Source of the DNA: Trichoplax adhaerens
Lineage: Eukaryota > Animalia > Placozoa
Assembly: GCF_000150275.1 (NCBI RefSeq)
Contig: NW_002060945.1
Location: 4,761,397-4,825,396, forward strand
Direction: 5' to 3'
DNA: 64,000 nucleotides
Below the pieces are notes generated by a model. It was not told the DNA's origin. It did no database searches and saw only the letters and a program-made list of their open reading frames with translations. The translations under genes were made by a program, and so were the position numbers. Of this stretch, positions 1-15,005 are shown in pieces (the stretch's first letter is position 1; every line of letters begins with the position of its first letter).

Positions 1-2199
1 GTCTGATTAGCTGTAAAAAGAATCATTCTAATGATATACCCTTTTAGATTTAGTGTAAATGGGTTACTGTAAAAAAATCAAATAAAAAAGGCTTCAAATT
101 TATGTTTGAATTAACATCAATGTTTCAACTTTATAATTGATAATATGACAGAGATTAATATTATACTGATATAGATAATATATATTTACAGTAATTGAAA
201 AAAATAGATCATTAATAAGCTATTTCTCTATTTGTCATTGACTATTCTATTATAAACAAATAGCTTACATAAACAAGGCTTTTTTACGTCAGGTGTTGCT
301 AATGCACTAAAGAATATCGAATATGTTGACGTTTAAAATTTTATTTATAAGCGTATTCACGCTATAAATATTTAATTTGGTTTAAAAATATAATATCTTG
401 ACTCTATTTTACCCATAGAACTGGTACAGTCAGCTCTTTTGTTACAAACGGCGAATATTATGAATTTCATATTATATCTTTAAATCTCATGTCCTTGATC
501 CATTTAAAAAATTTTTCCATCGTTTACAATTTTACTTTTATATATATCGATCTGGCTATTCATTATTAATGAATTAGATCTAGATCTAGTTTAATTTGAT
601 ATAAAGTTCCGGGCGTAACTATCATTCTCATATTTTTTGTTAATTTTTCGATTGTATGAACATATTTATGGTGAAATCATAAAGTCTCCAGATCTGCGAC
701 AATGCCTGAATACACATGATACTGGGTCCTCATATTTTGACTTTTAACTGTTGATCATATTCATAGATTTCGACTTCGAGGTATTATCACCCTTTTGTTT
801 TTGTCTCTAGTAGTATACCTAAATAATTATTTGCAAGTATGCTATCGAAAATCTAATCTATTGAAGACCATACTCCCATTGTTATCTTCACAATTTAATA
901 ATTCAGATTTAGTAATGATCGTTGTTTTGAAAATCTCATTTATGCTCAATTCTACGGATACTACGCTTTTCTGAATTATTTTTAATAGCCGTTATTATCG
1001 TTATATTGATTATAGCCAAACATATGGATTAATTTTATAATGCACTATTCCAATATAAATTAAAATCGGTGCCAATTGTAATAACAATACATTATTCAGA
1101 ATGCCTAATTTGGCTAACGTAGATTAATTATATAACAGATAGTAAAAATTTTCCAGCTTAGTATCATCGTTTAACTTATAAATGAGATTAATAAGTTGAA
1201 AAAGTTTGCTACTATTACAGTGCAAGATGAAACATAACATATTTTCTGTAATTTTCGCGTGATAGTTAGAGAAAATATGACAGTAGATAAGGAATGCAAT
1301 TGACGATTTATGGATTCAGTGATACGGATGAAATAGATCGGAATTCTAATAGTAGGGTCTTGACCTCACAAATAATAAAATTCTACGGCAGTTATTTTGA
1401 ATAGGACAGTAATTTTGAGGATAGATACGTGAACTCATTTCAATTACATGGCGAACATGGAAGAATAGAGTGCGATACTCCGTTTGTTGAAGTAGTTACC
1501 GTAGTTAATGATTCAACAGCGTCATAATATTGTATTTATGGAGCAGCGACTAATCTTTATATTGAAAACCACTAAAAAATTTAAAACTGGTTGATCGTAA
1601 GACCAACGTAATAGCGCCTTATTATTACACAAAGCTTGACCATCAACTACATACCGGTACTAATTTGTGAGAAAATAAATTGGTAAATTAAATATATGAA
1701 ATAAATCGTCAACAGAATAAATGACTAATATTACTGCAATATAATCTTCTTATAGGACGGTTGTGGTAGATCACGACTACAAAGATTTTAAATTTAGGGC
1801 ATTAATATGAAAACTGTAGCTTTTCATGTACTAATAGTCGATTTCATATGTGGTACTGGTATAAACGGGTATCTGTTAGTGCATACAGGCTGTCATTAAC
1901 ATAAATTAATTCCAATCAGCAGGGATCGCAGCTTATTTTGAAATATCAAAGTTAGTAAAAGGATTGCAAAATTATAAATTCTTAATCAAGAAAGTTGTCT
2001 ATCCATCCATCTCCAGTAAATATTAAAATCTTTTAGTTTATGATATTCATTATTTGATCAATAGTGTGATTTTTAGCATCATGCAGTGGATGGAATTGTC
2101 ACCAAAATTGAAAATACTAAATCGATGATTTTGATAGTTTCTACATCAAATTCACGATAGTGTAACGATTCATTATTAACTGCGAAAATTTCGTGCACC

Positions 2200-2224
2200 T
2201 ATATATATATATATATATATATAT
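2200..2224. repeat. (TA)n microsatellite
   Basis: Perfect TA dinucleotide run read directly from the sequence. Confidence 0.95.
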
Positions 2225-2845
2225 GTAGACTGTATGTGTCCATGAAGATATACTACAATCTTGATTATTTACGTTAATCATTTTTAATAATTAGTAAGTC
2301 TTACGTGGGCTACTATCTTGCGAAGGTTAAATTAAGTATGGTTTTGGAGATGGAATAGAAAATGTACCCGAATGTGCATTTCTTAATGTCATTAATAAAA
2401 TCAGTATAACCTTTAACCTTTATCTCAAGTGCGCACGACTAATAAAATTGATAGGTTATGCAAATACAAAATTTGATAAACTTGATCATGTTAGTAGGAA
2501 TTGTTTTGAATATTGAAACATTACAGCTATAAATTGGAAATTCTTATTATTTTCTTCAGTTATTAAATCAAAAATTACTTCCCATCGCAACTTAATCATA
2601 TTAAAATTTGATCATTTTTAATTCATACCTAGAATTGCCATAAAATTCAAATTAATTTACATACAGTAAAGTACATTCGGACGTAGTTGAAAGAGTAGCT
2701 AGAAACAAATGTTTCCAAGAAATATTTTTTCATGCTTGCTTAGTTAATTGACATATGCATCTTATCGTATAGCTGGGTGTGCGTGGTTTGGCCAGTTATG
2801 AATATGAAAGTAACTTTTAACTAATCTTTTATGACAGTATCTAAT

Positions 2846-2895
2846 NNNNNNNNNNNNNNNNNNNNNNNNNNNNNNNNNNNNNNNNNNNNNNNNNN
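2846..2895. other. Assembly gap (50 N)
   Basis: Run of n characters. Confidence 0.99.
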
Positions 2896-5800
2896 CTTAT
2901 ATAGTAACTGATGTTAATTGATTATTTTACTATGTCTTGTAACGCTTGTGATTAATATCTTGAAGATATTCACTTATAGATGATACCATGAATAATTTTG
3001 TGAATAGACATACTGTAGTTTAATTATATAGAATCATTCGGTACATGTCTACGATTATGAATATCTCTGTATTAGTTTGGTAATTCAATATGAACTAAAT
3101 TTCATAATCTTATGACACGATAGCTGCTGCCGAAGGGTATTAAGCTCGGCAGATAGCTGAATAAAATAGGAATTCTTTAGTCGTTCAATGTAGAAGCAAA
3201 GGCGTCTAAATTTTGTGAGGTAGTTAAGGGATACTGAATCCTGGAGATTTTAGTAACTTAGAGTATTTTTACGTGATTCTTGTCACGAAGCTGATTTGTG
3301 ACAAGGGGTACTGTTTATTAATAGTAAAATACAGCGGTGTATCTAATCTTGTGAGAGCATGTTCTTCATCCAATAAATGCCAATCCCACATGGATTAAAG
3401 AAAATATATTCTCGTGACTGGTGAAAATTTGATATATCAAGCTATGTAATCGACTATTTAAAAGGTAATGACGAATAAAGATACTAGTAATGAATTTTGT
3501 CTTTTCGAGGTATTTAATGGATTTCATTGTAATATTTGCACCATCCACTACTATTTTTTCTCTTAAATGAGAGGTACAGTAATATATTGACTTTGTATGT
3601 ATAGCAGTTACAGACTATACAGATTTATTTTCAGGATTCGTGTAACTTTGATAATTTACGAATGAACCGGGCAGAAAATCTAGCTATGAAGGGCTTTTTA
3701 TACAAAATGTTTAATATGTATTACTGAACACAAAAATTTTTATATGTACAGTCTGCGTAGCCTGACATTTTCGCCCTAAATTTGGAAGTGCTGTGCTGTA
3801 CTGTACAGTAAAAGAATATTCTTCATTTGGCCGTGATGGTATTACAAAAAAATTGCTCTTACTTTATGTATATAGATTACTGTATACAGTAATTTCTCAA
3901 ATACTATATGTAATACAGAAAGGCATCTTTCTTGATTTTTGAGTTGCAGCTTTCTTGAATGAAAATTTCCCTCGTATTGCATGATGATTGATTACTAGTC
4001 AGTCTAATTTTTATAGAATCAGTTTCATAAAACTTCAAAATATTTAGATGATTTATAAGTCAATACGGAATTTTTATGAAATGATCTAATTATGTTGGCT
4101 AGGTATCTTAGGAATGTTAACGTAGTCCCTGGCAACCATTTTTGTAGAGTACCACATTTAAAATTTGCATAATTTCTATCAGAATTAGCTAGAAAAGATA
4201 ACTGGCACTCTCACATCGTAACGATTGTAGCGGTACTTATTTCACTTTTAATTGGAAGTGCCTAAAAATTGTGCTATTATCAACTGAGATAATTCATAGC
4301 AGTATAGTGAACGAGCAAAAAATAACATTTTATGGGAAGAAACAGCCATAAAGGGAGAAAAACTTTGACTTCTCTATTTAGAGCGAAAGTGAAATTAATC
4401 AATACATGACAATTTTTATAATTTTGTCAGAGACAAATGAGAGCGGAAATTAGAAAAAATAGGATTAATCCAAGTAAATAGACATATTTGTTTCTAAGAT
4501 CTTTTCCGACTTCAGCCAAAGCATGACTAATTCTATGATCTAGTTGTCTGATTTGGATTTTAATATGCTTTATTCAGAATAGCACTTCTGTCCAACTTAT
4601 TTTATATAGAATAGAATGACTTCCATCATTGATCTTATTAAAGTACGGTATGTTTTATGCTATCTTGCCAAATATCTCTCAAATAACACTAGATTCTAAT
4701 CGTGATGCACGTACCGTACAAATCTTAACGAAAAGATACGGCAATAGAAGAGTACAAAATTATTATGATGTAGGCACTCTAAAAACATCGGTATGGTTTT
4801 GTTTTAATTATCTCTGAATTATACCCGAATTTTTGTCAGATACTACTACAGCTGCTTTAAAAGCAGAGAGTAGAGTAAAGCAAAAAACGGATTGGTTTTA
4901 GAAAATGCACGAAATAATTTAATATGGATCTTTCTCGACTACAACGTCTAGTTCTTCTATACAATACGTATTAAAGAAATTAATATATCATTAGCAATAA
5001 CGTAAAAAAAATGCATATAAATATAAAAATTAGACTACACTCCTACTATTCTTCCTCGAAGTAAAGATTTCGCGTTAAGACTTAATTATTTTAATAGTCT
5101 GTATAACGTTACTTTGCTATTTTTAGTGATGTTAGCGCGGCATATTTACACTTTTTATTACTTTAAATGATATTTAATTTATAATTAATTATGGCCGATA
5201 AGGAAAAAGTCGATAGAATTCGTTCGCAAAAGTTTATTTTTCTATTTCATAGCCTATTTTTATGCTAAATAACTGTAAATGGAATGAAGAAAAAAAAATT
5301 AAGGAAAAGTTAACAATTGATTTGTATGATTAAGAAAATCTCTACGGCTATTCGCTGCGGTGAAGTTGCTTATCGGACAATCCTGTATCAAAACAGCACG
5401 AACATTTGTCTTCTAACACTCGCTCCTAAACAAACGGTACTAGAGGCACTACTGATGTTCTATCATAAATGACGTAAGTAACAATGGTGCAGTGGAAGAT
5501 GTTAAGGAATGCTATAGTACAATAATTTATTTACATATTTAATGAATAGAACAGATGATACCTTGACAACGATAGTTTAATGAAATAAGAAACGGTAAGG
5601 TAATAAGAGTTATAAAAATTAATTCCGCTAATTCTGTTTATCAAATATTGCTTCCCTTGATACATTATTTAATTTACTGATAATTAGTGTTAAAAACTAT
5701 TTTTTCTATACATTATAAATCAATCCTTCGCTCGATATAATTCGTGCACCAACATGCTATACTTGTATCTCGTATCTTATATTATCAGTTACTGCAATCT

Positions 5801-8800
5801 ATTTTACACTTTTTCTGGCACTTACGATGCTGCTTATCACCTTCGTGGTAAATAAAGCATACGTCACTTCGAACAGAAATTCGGTTAATTTTTAGTTTAA
5901 ATCTTCTTTATCTTATTTTATTTTAAATTCGTTAATAACGATAGATTTGAATATATGGTGTTTTATTAATCAAAAGATAAAGATTCTTTTAAATAATTTA
6001 TCTATTTCGGACCATAAGACTAATTAGAACTAGCATTCATAAAGTCGTTTAATTTTAGCTTAGATTGATTGCGGGATCAGGGACTATTTTTTGGATCAGA
6101 ATCTAATAGAAAAGATTCAAAATCTGCAATTATAGCGAGGATAATGAAGTACAGCAGCTGTATATAGTCAATGTCAATGCAATTAGCATTTATAGATCTT
6201 AAACGAGATTATTAATTGGTATAACCATAGATTAAGAATACAATGTCCACCAATGCTGATTTCAATGATTTTAACAGGATACAAAAGATAGCAATGTTAG
6301 TCGTTGACCAGATAGTTAAAATACACTGTAAGCAATTGAGACGAAATTTATGTACATAATCTCAACTAGTTATGATTTTTAAAGTAATTTGAAGGGTTCG
6401 ATACTGGTATAGATAAAAAGAACTCCGTTCCTTAATAGTTAACAGCTGCAGTAAAATAGTGTTAAATAAATAAGTGACGGGAGCGGAAGAATTGACAAAC
6501 ATCAGTGAAATTAAACGTTGGGAGTTTTTTAATATCCTGGAGTGGATGGATAAGTATCAAAAATAAAGTATTAATATCCTTTGTCTAAGATAATATGTTG
6601 ATTAAAGGAATCTAGATTTTTTTAGCGATCATGATTAATTTCATGTTTTATAACCATATGATTGATTGAACATACAGCAGAGCAGTATAGATATGGACCG
6701 TATAATAAAACTATTGGCTGAGCACCTTATTTTGCGAAGCTCAGTTTCATTTAAGTTATGACAGCATAGTAATGAAGTTTAGGTTGGCGGGCCAATGATT
6801 GTAATGTCAATATCAAACTAATTTTAATGATAGCAGTGTAAGAAGAAATTCGATAAGTGAAGACAAAAGTTGTCAACTACTGTCACAGTAAATACGTAAG
6901 TAGTACTTGAGTGATTGGGATAATAATTAAACTAAGGAATCTATTACTATATTATCGTTCTTGTTACACACACAATACCATAATTCTGGTCTGGGCGTAC
7001 TCCAGCCAAAATTGCAAGCGATTAGTCATTGTAGTACTATAAAATTTTATGTTACGTATGCATCAATTGCTAAAGCATTCGAGATAGAATATTGATGATA
7101 TAGAGCAGATAGGACATAAAATTATGCAGTGCAGATGAGAGTACAATATTGAAGTGTGAGAGCTATTAGAATTTTCCACGATTATTTATTTACTATGTAA
7201 TAGTGTGCATGATGTTAACCAATATTTTTCCATGGTTCTAGTTATCTACTCTGGAATATTTTAAAAATTCTTCTTGTTCGATCGAAGTTAGAAATTTTAG
7301 CAGTTTGATCAGTTATTTACTCTGTGGGATACCGGATCGGTACCCACTGAAGTTTTGTTTCCGTTAATATGTAAGCGCAGTGTGAAAAATAATTAACTTT
7401 CTCTCTTACCATATGAAAATATAATTTTAGCGCTGTGCAAATATACGCGTATATCCTGCTGCTTCTATTCATAATTATTCAAAAATCTATCTAAGCAGGT
7501 GTTGATTAATGTCATATCTAATTATTAAAACTGTTAGTATTCAAGTCAAAATCGAAAGAAGTAATGCAAAGACATATCAGTGGGCGATAACCACTAGTAA
7601 AGACTGTATGTATTAAAATCACGAATATAATCGATTAAAAAGTTGGGGCATTCCTATAATCAAGTGCTGCTTAGAAAAACTTTGTATTCAATTTTGCAAA
7701 TATATACCGTTGTATTAAATGTTGACATTTGGTATATAAATCGATATAGTGAAAATTTTGTTTCATTAATTTACACGGATCTTGCGAAAGATGGATTCAG
7801 TGACTGATGGTCTTACAACTATAACATACTTTGTAGTGGTATAAGGGTAACATTTAAGTTTGTTAAGTGATTGTTCTTACTCAGTTTACCTTTGGAATTT
7901 TAAGTCCTGGCGTAAGCGAATTATAGGATTTTCTTTTTTAGCTTGTTAGTAGGAGAGATAATTATTAGAAAGTTTTATGATGTTTGAGAGTTTTTTACGC
8001 TGGTAATAGCCAATGCCTTCGCTTAGAAAATATTCCTAAGTAAGAAGTAAAAGTTTCAAGTAACATAATTGTTAGCCTATGTTGATCAGTTATATGATCC
8101 GTAGCTAAAATGGAAGATAAAAGAAAATTCAGATACTTATTCTTTCTTACCTTATTAAGTTGGAACTCTAAGCTATTTTATATAACTAATCAGTAATGAA
8201 ATAGTAACGCAGGAAATAAGTAACGGCAACTAATCAATTCTGGTTGACTAGTAGATACCTTAATCGAACACTAAGAAAACTAAAATCTTCTACTATAAGC
8301 GTACTTAGCACTCCGCTTGCAATCGATAGATGCAAACTGATTTGCTGAAACGTCTAGTTTCTGATAAAATACGATTTGGTTACTGCTAATAAACAATAAA
8401 AGCTATATACGATACTATTCCATTAAGCGCTGAAAAGAAAGAGCAGAGTTATTAAATACGATAGGGCATCCTAGGCGTCGGCATCTCAATTATATAGTTT
8501 AACAATTGTCACTTTTTGAATAAACAATAGTCTGCTTATGATCTAGATTTAATTGCGGTAACTACAAGTATCTGTTAAATATCATCTATTTATTAATATT
8601 AAAACAAAAGGCTATTGAAACAGACGTGCAAAACATCACGGCAATAAAGGGTTTTATCTAATTACCATTTCTGAACTGATCCATAGCTAATCATTTTGTA
8701 GATATAATAGAATGTAGGCATCATTATAATAAGAACGGCCTTTCTTTTCAATACGGTTTTAATATTATTCTGTAGTGAAACTATGGATTTTTTGCACTTA

Positions 8801-11335
8801 AATTAAGAAAACGTATCAATAGCTTTTATTTATTCTTTATTATTTTCTAGTAGCACAGTAGATTGTAGTCAGTAGATGATATGTTGACAATTTCAGTTAG
8901 ATCTACGGGTTAATATTAAAATTTTGCTTATTAGAAAGTCATGCAAATCATATTAACTTATATTATTTCATACTAGTCAAACAAACATAATGAGTTTCTG
9001 ATTGCTTTATGCATGAATTATTTTATGAAGGCATTATTTAATGAGAGTACTAGCAAATATCCAATTTTATAGGAGAAATACGGTCAGCTATTTAGGTTAT
9101 TGATTTAGATTAGTGTTACTTGAGTAACAACGATAATATCTTAAAAGGAACACATTAGTATCTGTAGAGTTTGAATTATCTAGTAAATAGAATATTTAAT
9201 ACGCATTTAGGGCATGGATGTACGTATAAGAGATCATTATAGTTAAGGGAGTGAAAGAAACCAACATTGTTATCAGCTACATTAAGTTCTATAGATTGAA
9301 TTTGTAAATTATATTACAATTTTCAGTGCTTAGATGGAGAATGTTAGTCTTTAGTTGCAGTTTTTATCGATGATAATAGAAACAACTTTATATCATTAAT
9401 GTCAATCAAAAAATCTCAAATAGTTTTCTGCGAGCTGTAAGTAGATTTAGCGAAGTAAAGTTCACACTTCGGCACCTGACAGATCGAAAGATAAATAATT
9501 CAATTTTGATAACTATTCATGTGCACGGTGAATATCACGTTTAAAAAAACAGGAGATGCATTTATACTGTATTGTAAAACATATATCTGATGTTCGATGG
9601 GTACAACAAATTCTTATCGGAAGATTTTTAGAAGTTTATTTCATAGGATGCTTTCCTACAAAATTTTATGGCTATTTTAGGCTAAGCGCTGATTCGACAC
9701 TCATTAATTTTCTGTTAATTTCCAAAGTAAAGGTTCAAGGTGCCGTTAGATAGTCATGGCATATAAAATTTTAGCGACGTACAAGTAATCTATTTAAAAT
9801 GCAAGCTATTTCTAAAAATTTGACTGAATTTTAATAGCTAATTTCCTAAAAATCTTTGCCTTCTCTTTAAATTTAAGCTATCAACTGAGTCATCTACATT
9901 GAATCAAACTGAAATGTGATTTATTATCATACACATAATTAGCCTATTCGTATGTATTCATCATGATAGAAGAAGAGAATTATCTGAAAGTTGCATAAAG
10001 TCAAGCTCCGGTCAACTATAAATCTTTATTAATATTTTTTTATAACTATTTCTGAGGTTATAGTTAATACGATATAAGTTTATATTAATGTTGATAATGT
10101 GTTTATCACCAAATGTATGCGAAAATGGCTATGTCAACTCTGCTAATAGTAAAAAATATTTCTACAGCATGTGATATTATTGTATAATATTGTAAGTATG
10201 CTTTGAAGGATTAATAAATACCTTACGTGTATGATGGATATTGGATTACTAAATATATCGAGCTACAGCGAAGGAGGAATTAAAGGACAGCCCTATAAGT
10301 TTTGTTATAAAACAGAACTAAATAGGAATTTAATAAATTTGTTCTTTTTATCATGAAATTGTTTTTAGCGGAATAGCTTACTAGCTAACAAACTACAGCA
10401 GATGATTTTTTTATTGGGTTGGAAGAATTTGATGCATTGTTTAGAAAATGATAAATATTCTGCTATAGCTAAAATAGATAAGATTATAAGATTAAAAATT
10501 ACCGTAGGGTATCGAAAGTTGGAGACATGTAAAATATTAATGATGTTAGATTAAAATAAGTAAGAGCAGTATTGCTTATACACAATGTCATAGATTGGCA
10601 ATATGAATATTACTTTACGATTATAGCATGGTATTCGTAGTTTATGGTAGCTCGCAATAATGTACAATGTCTCGTAGTTTAAGATACTTTATTAGATCGA
10701 GAACTGTGGAAGATATCCAGCTATGATCGGACGACGATAACAACAACAACACACGCTTGCATACGATTGCACTGTGATATACTGTGCAGTATAGTGCGGT
10801 GTAATACTAAAATACGGATTACATAATTGTATAAGATTATGATACACTAATATGATAAAGCAGTATTCCAGTAAACAGGTAAACACATTCGTTAGCAATA
10901 CTTAATACGTACGTAATAGCATTTACGCTGACACATGTACAATATTCAAAATTGGCCATTCCAGTCAAAATCAATATTGTAAACCTCTAAAGGTTAACAG
11001 ATTCGTTCAAAAATTTCTGACATGATTGGTAAAAGTAAGTACTTTCTGTCAAGGAAATGATTCTATCACATACTTTTGTATCAGTCCCATTGGGTTTGCA
11101 GGTGTAAATATAAGGGGAAATTAACTATAAATAAAAATTTTTAATTTTGCTAGCCATTTTCGATGCGGTTCAATCGTTCGTTTAATTTAACCAATATTAT
11201 TGCATTTTAAAATAACTTTGCTATAATTAATAAATAATTAATAGAACAACATCAACACACTTTACGTTGGTACATTTTTTTGTTGTAACTTTAAATTAAG
11301 CTGAATTATTTTGCACGAAATTAATTTTCAATCCG

Positions 11336-11690
11336 CAGTACTGTACAATGATGATGAAACGCTGCAGTACAGTACTGTACTGTATAGTGTACAGTACACC
11401 GTCATGATCGCTAATTGGATAGGCTCGTATTGTTTCTTGCATGTGTAGGACCGCCTACTTATCTGGGGTCACTGGTTCCTACAGTATTTTTATTGTACTG
11501 TACTGTAATAAGTGTTCCGTAATTCACTACAGTACATACAGTACAGCACTGTACTGTACCGTACAGTACCTCCGAGTTGGGTACAGTGTACAGTACTGTA
11601 CCCAACTACAGTATACTGTATTGTAGGGGTCATCAGTCATTTCTACAGTACGGTCCGACAGTATCCCCAGTATTTACCAACATTCTGTAC
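11336..11690. promoter_or_regulatory. TACTG/CAGTA pentamer island upstream of RETSAT (putative promoter region)
   Basis: Dense degenerate TACTG/CAGTA units with an 18-bp perfect palindrome cagtacagtactgtactg at 11365-11382, 300-650 bp 5' of the RETSAT ATG. The repeat is seen directly; the regulatory role is inferred from position. Confidence 0.55.
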
Positions 11691-11989
11691 GCTTTAATTC
11701 GCCGTCGAGATTGATAGGAGCTGTTTTAGATTCGACCTAGCCTAAAATTGAGGTTTAACAACACGTGCAAAACCGGTTAAAGCTCAAATATTACAGTGAA
11801 AGGCTCGACTAAACCATCAGTACTCATAGTCTGTCGTTACTATTGGTTAAAATTGCCTTCAAAGTCACTTACTACGCGTATTTTTAATAGGCAATTAAAA
11901 TTACGTTGTTATATGTGCTGTTTTAAATAGAATAGAATACAGTATTACGTCAAGAGGATAGCTGGTGACACTTTCATTTTAAACTATCA

Positions 11990-14900
11990 ATGGCAGCGAT
12001 ACTTGACAACTTGATATTGAGCAACTTTACAATTAGCATTGCCATCGGGGTATTTATTTTAATCCCGGTTGTATTTTTCCTTTTACTTCGTCGTGGCAGT
12101 AGTCAAGACGTGTTTAGCGCGAATCTTCCGTACCCTAGCGAATACCGCCATGTTCCGAAAGAGATTAAAGACAAGGTTCGTATCGAAACACTTGTTTATC
12201 TATCGCTATGGCAGTGGTTAGGCGTGTGGTGGATTAAGCTTGTCATGTTATCTACATATTATACTGTTACTATTTTAGAAATTATAAAGTGTATTTGTTC
12301 GGATCAGTAAAAGAAGTAGAGAAAAAATTGTAATATACTTACAGTACATTACTACGGTGAATTATAAGTATCAAAAAGTTTGTGTTTACGTCTGCGTTTA
12401 ACGATAAATTTCATATACTCGTACAGTACTGTGGTCGTTTGTCAATGATGTGTAATGGTATTGCCGTGAAACAAATATAAATTATTATACATTACTGTAT
12501 AGTTAACTTATTCACTTGTTTGTGATAGTCTTAGTACTCGATACAGGTACATGGAAGTTGTATATACACGTACTGCATATATTAAGATGTATTTTTATTC
12601 TCTGAATTTCGATAATTATATATTTTATAGCTTATAAAGAATGGTTTCGCTTTGAAGAAAGTACCCGAAAATTTAGATGCAATTGTTATTGGTAGTGGTG
12701 TTGGTGGTTTATCTGTTGCAGCAACTTTAGCTCGAGCTGGGAAGAAAGTCTTAGTATTAGAGCAACACGATCAAGCTGGCGGTTGTTGTCACACTTTCTA
12801 CGAAAAAGGTTACTTCCTTGAGCTTGTAATTTTTACAGTTCTACGATTTACATAAAATTTAGTGCTATATATTGATTTAATAATTATAATTATTTATTGC
12901 TGATGCATTTTATAACTAGGGTATGAATTCGATACCGGTATTCATTACATTGGTCAAATGCATTCCAATAAGAGCTTAAGCAAGTTCTATTTGGATCAGT
13001 GTAGCGATGGTCAAATCGGTTGGTGTCCAATGGATCAAGCATTCGATATCGCATCTTTTGGTAAACCGGAAGAGAGCCGAAAGTATCGAATTTTGTCAGA
13101 TGTAGAGTCTTACAAGAAACAGCTCTCAGAGTATTTTCCCGAGGAGAAAGATGCTATTGAGAAATATGTACAGCTCGTAAAGGTAGCAATTATATGTGTT
13201 GAATCGGGCGGTTACAATGATAAAAATGACAAACATTAACGAAATATTTCTAATTATAATTCAACTGAAGTGGTTTTTTGTATGATTACTGCAAAAGTAG
13301 TAGAAATTTTATCGATGAAATTTACAAACGCTGTAACATTTTATCGCTTACTGTCTTTTGTTATGATTATAGGAAACAAGCAGAAATAGTGCTGGTATGT
13401 TTATAGTTAAATTACTTCCAAAATGGGTAATATCAGGTCTCTCAGCGACTGGATTGTTGGGCGTAATTACAAAATTTTTTAAGTCTTCGAATCGGAGCAC
13501 TTTGGAAGTTGTATCAGGATTGACTAAGAACAAAGACCTACAAGCCGTCTTCAGTTATATTTATGGCGATTATGGTAAGATAACAATATTAATCCTTGAC
13601 AGCTTTCAAATCTATGATAGTGATAGTTATTAAACTGCATAATAGTGGTACTAGAGTAGGAGATTCTTGCTAATAAGTATCAGATATAAAGTAACAATTT
13701 TTACAATTGCAGTCAGTTTTTAGACATGGTATTGTTAGAAGTTACTGGTAGTTACATTAGATTAAATGATTCTTTTACATCATCAGGTACTGCGCCTAAA
13801 AATTCGAGTTTTGCAATACATGGCCTGTTAGTTAATCACTATATGAAGGGAGCGTTTTATCCACTTGGAGGTCCTGCGGAGATAACATATCATATGGTTT
13901 CGTTCATTAATAAAAGTCATGGTAAAGTCCTAGTCAGAGCGAAAGTATCAGAAATCTTGCTCGATGATAACCAGAAAGCTGTTGGCGTTCGTGTCGTTAA
14001 AGGAGGAGAAAGTCATTGTATATATGCACCTTGCATTGTATCGGGTGAGATAAAGTTTTATATGTTTTAGTTTTTGCTACTGTACTGTACATGTTTTACC
14101 AAGTTTGTTTCGATGTTAAATAATTGCAGATGCTGGTGTCTACAATACTTTCGAGAAGCTTTTACCCCAATCTATAACAGATAGATCTAGAGAAAAATTT
14201 GGGCATCTACATTATGCGAAGCATGGCGTCAGCTACATGTCGGTATTTGTAGGATTAAAGGGAGACAGTAAGACGCTTAATTTACCAAATAGTAACTTAT
14301 GGGCGTATGATAGCAATAATCTTAGCGAAGATATGGAAGAGTATTTATCAATGAGTGCTGCTGAGGCTGCAAGCAATGTTCCTATGATGTTCGTCTCTTT
14401 TCCTTCCGCAAAAGATACTTCATGGCAAGAGCGTTTTCCCAATAAGTCAGCCTGTGTAATTGTGACTCTAGCTAATTACGAGTGGTTCGAACAATGGGAA
14501 CAGGAAAGGGTTATGCATCGTGGTGAAGATTACGATTCCTTGAAAGAAGAATTCGGTAGAAATATTTGGGACAAGGTTATTTCATTAAAACAATTGTGCA
14601 GCAATTAATGATTAATAGCTATAGTCAAAATTAAAATATTTTATAGTGTAATCGATATATTTATTCTAATGATGTATTCTTTTTCGGTTGTTATAGGCAT
14701 GCAGATTTTTTCCACAACTTCGCGATTGTGTTGACTACTTTGATATCAGCTCGCCGCTTACACATAAGTATTACTTAAATGCTGATAGAGGCGACTGTTA
14801 TGGCATTGATCACGACATTAGTCGCTTTACTTTGGAGAGCACAACGTCATTAAGATCTAAAACTGACATACCTGGGCTTTATTTAACCGGACAAGATATT

Positions 14901-15005
14901 TTCATCGATGGTTTTACTGGTGCACTAATGAGCGGATTAGGATGTTCTTGCTCGATATTAGGGAGAAATTTGGTTAGTGAATTAACAAAGAAAATGAAAG
15001 CTTAG
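11990..15005 (+). CDS. RETSAT: All-trans-retinol 13,14-reductase (retinol saturase) family FAD oxidoreductase, 7 exons
   Basis: Exons ~11990-12175, 12631-12808, 12920-13182, 13373-13574, 13787-14044, 14130-14575, 14697-15005 join in frame at GT-AG sites. N-terminal hydrophobic anchor, then [13 protein letters not shown] (Rossmann GxGxxG), [31 protein letters not shown] and GLYLTGQD, all typical of RETSAT. Stop TAG at 15003-15005. Confidence 0.9.

Noticed and set aside
1294-1527. Reading frame MQLTIYGFSDTDE... interrupted by one in-frame TAG (readthrough or pseudogene?)
   Set aside because: No recognisable homology or splice signals; compatible with chance.
3113-3152. Minus-strand cttcggcagca resembling the U6 snRNA 5' stem
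   Set aside because: Similarity ends after ~11 nt, with no ACAGAGA box or U6 body.
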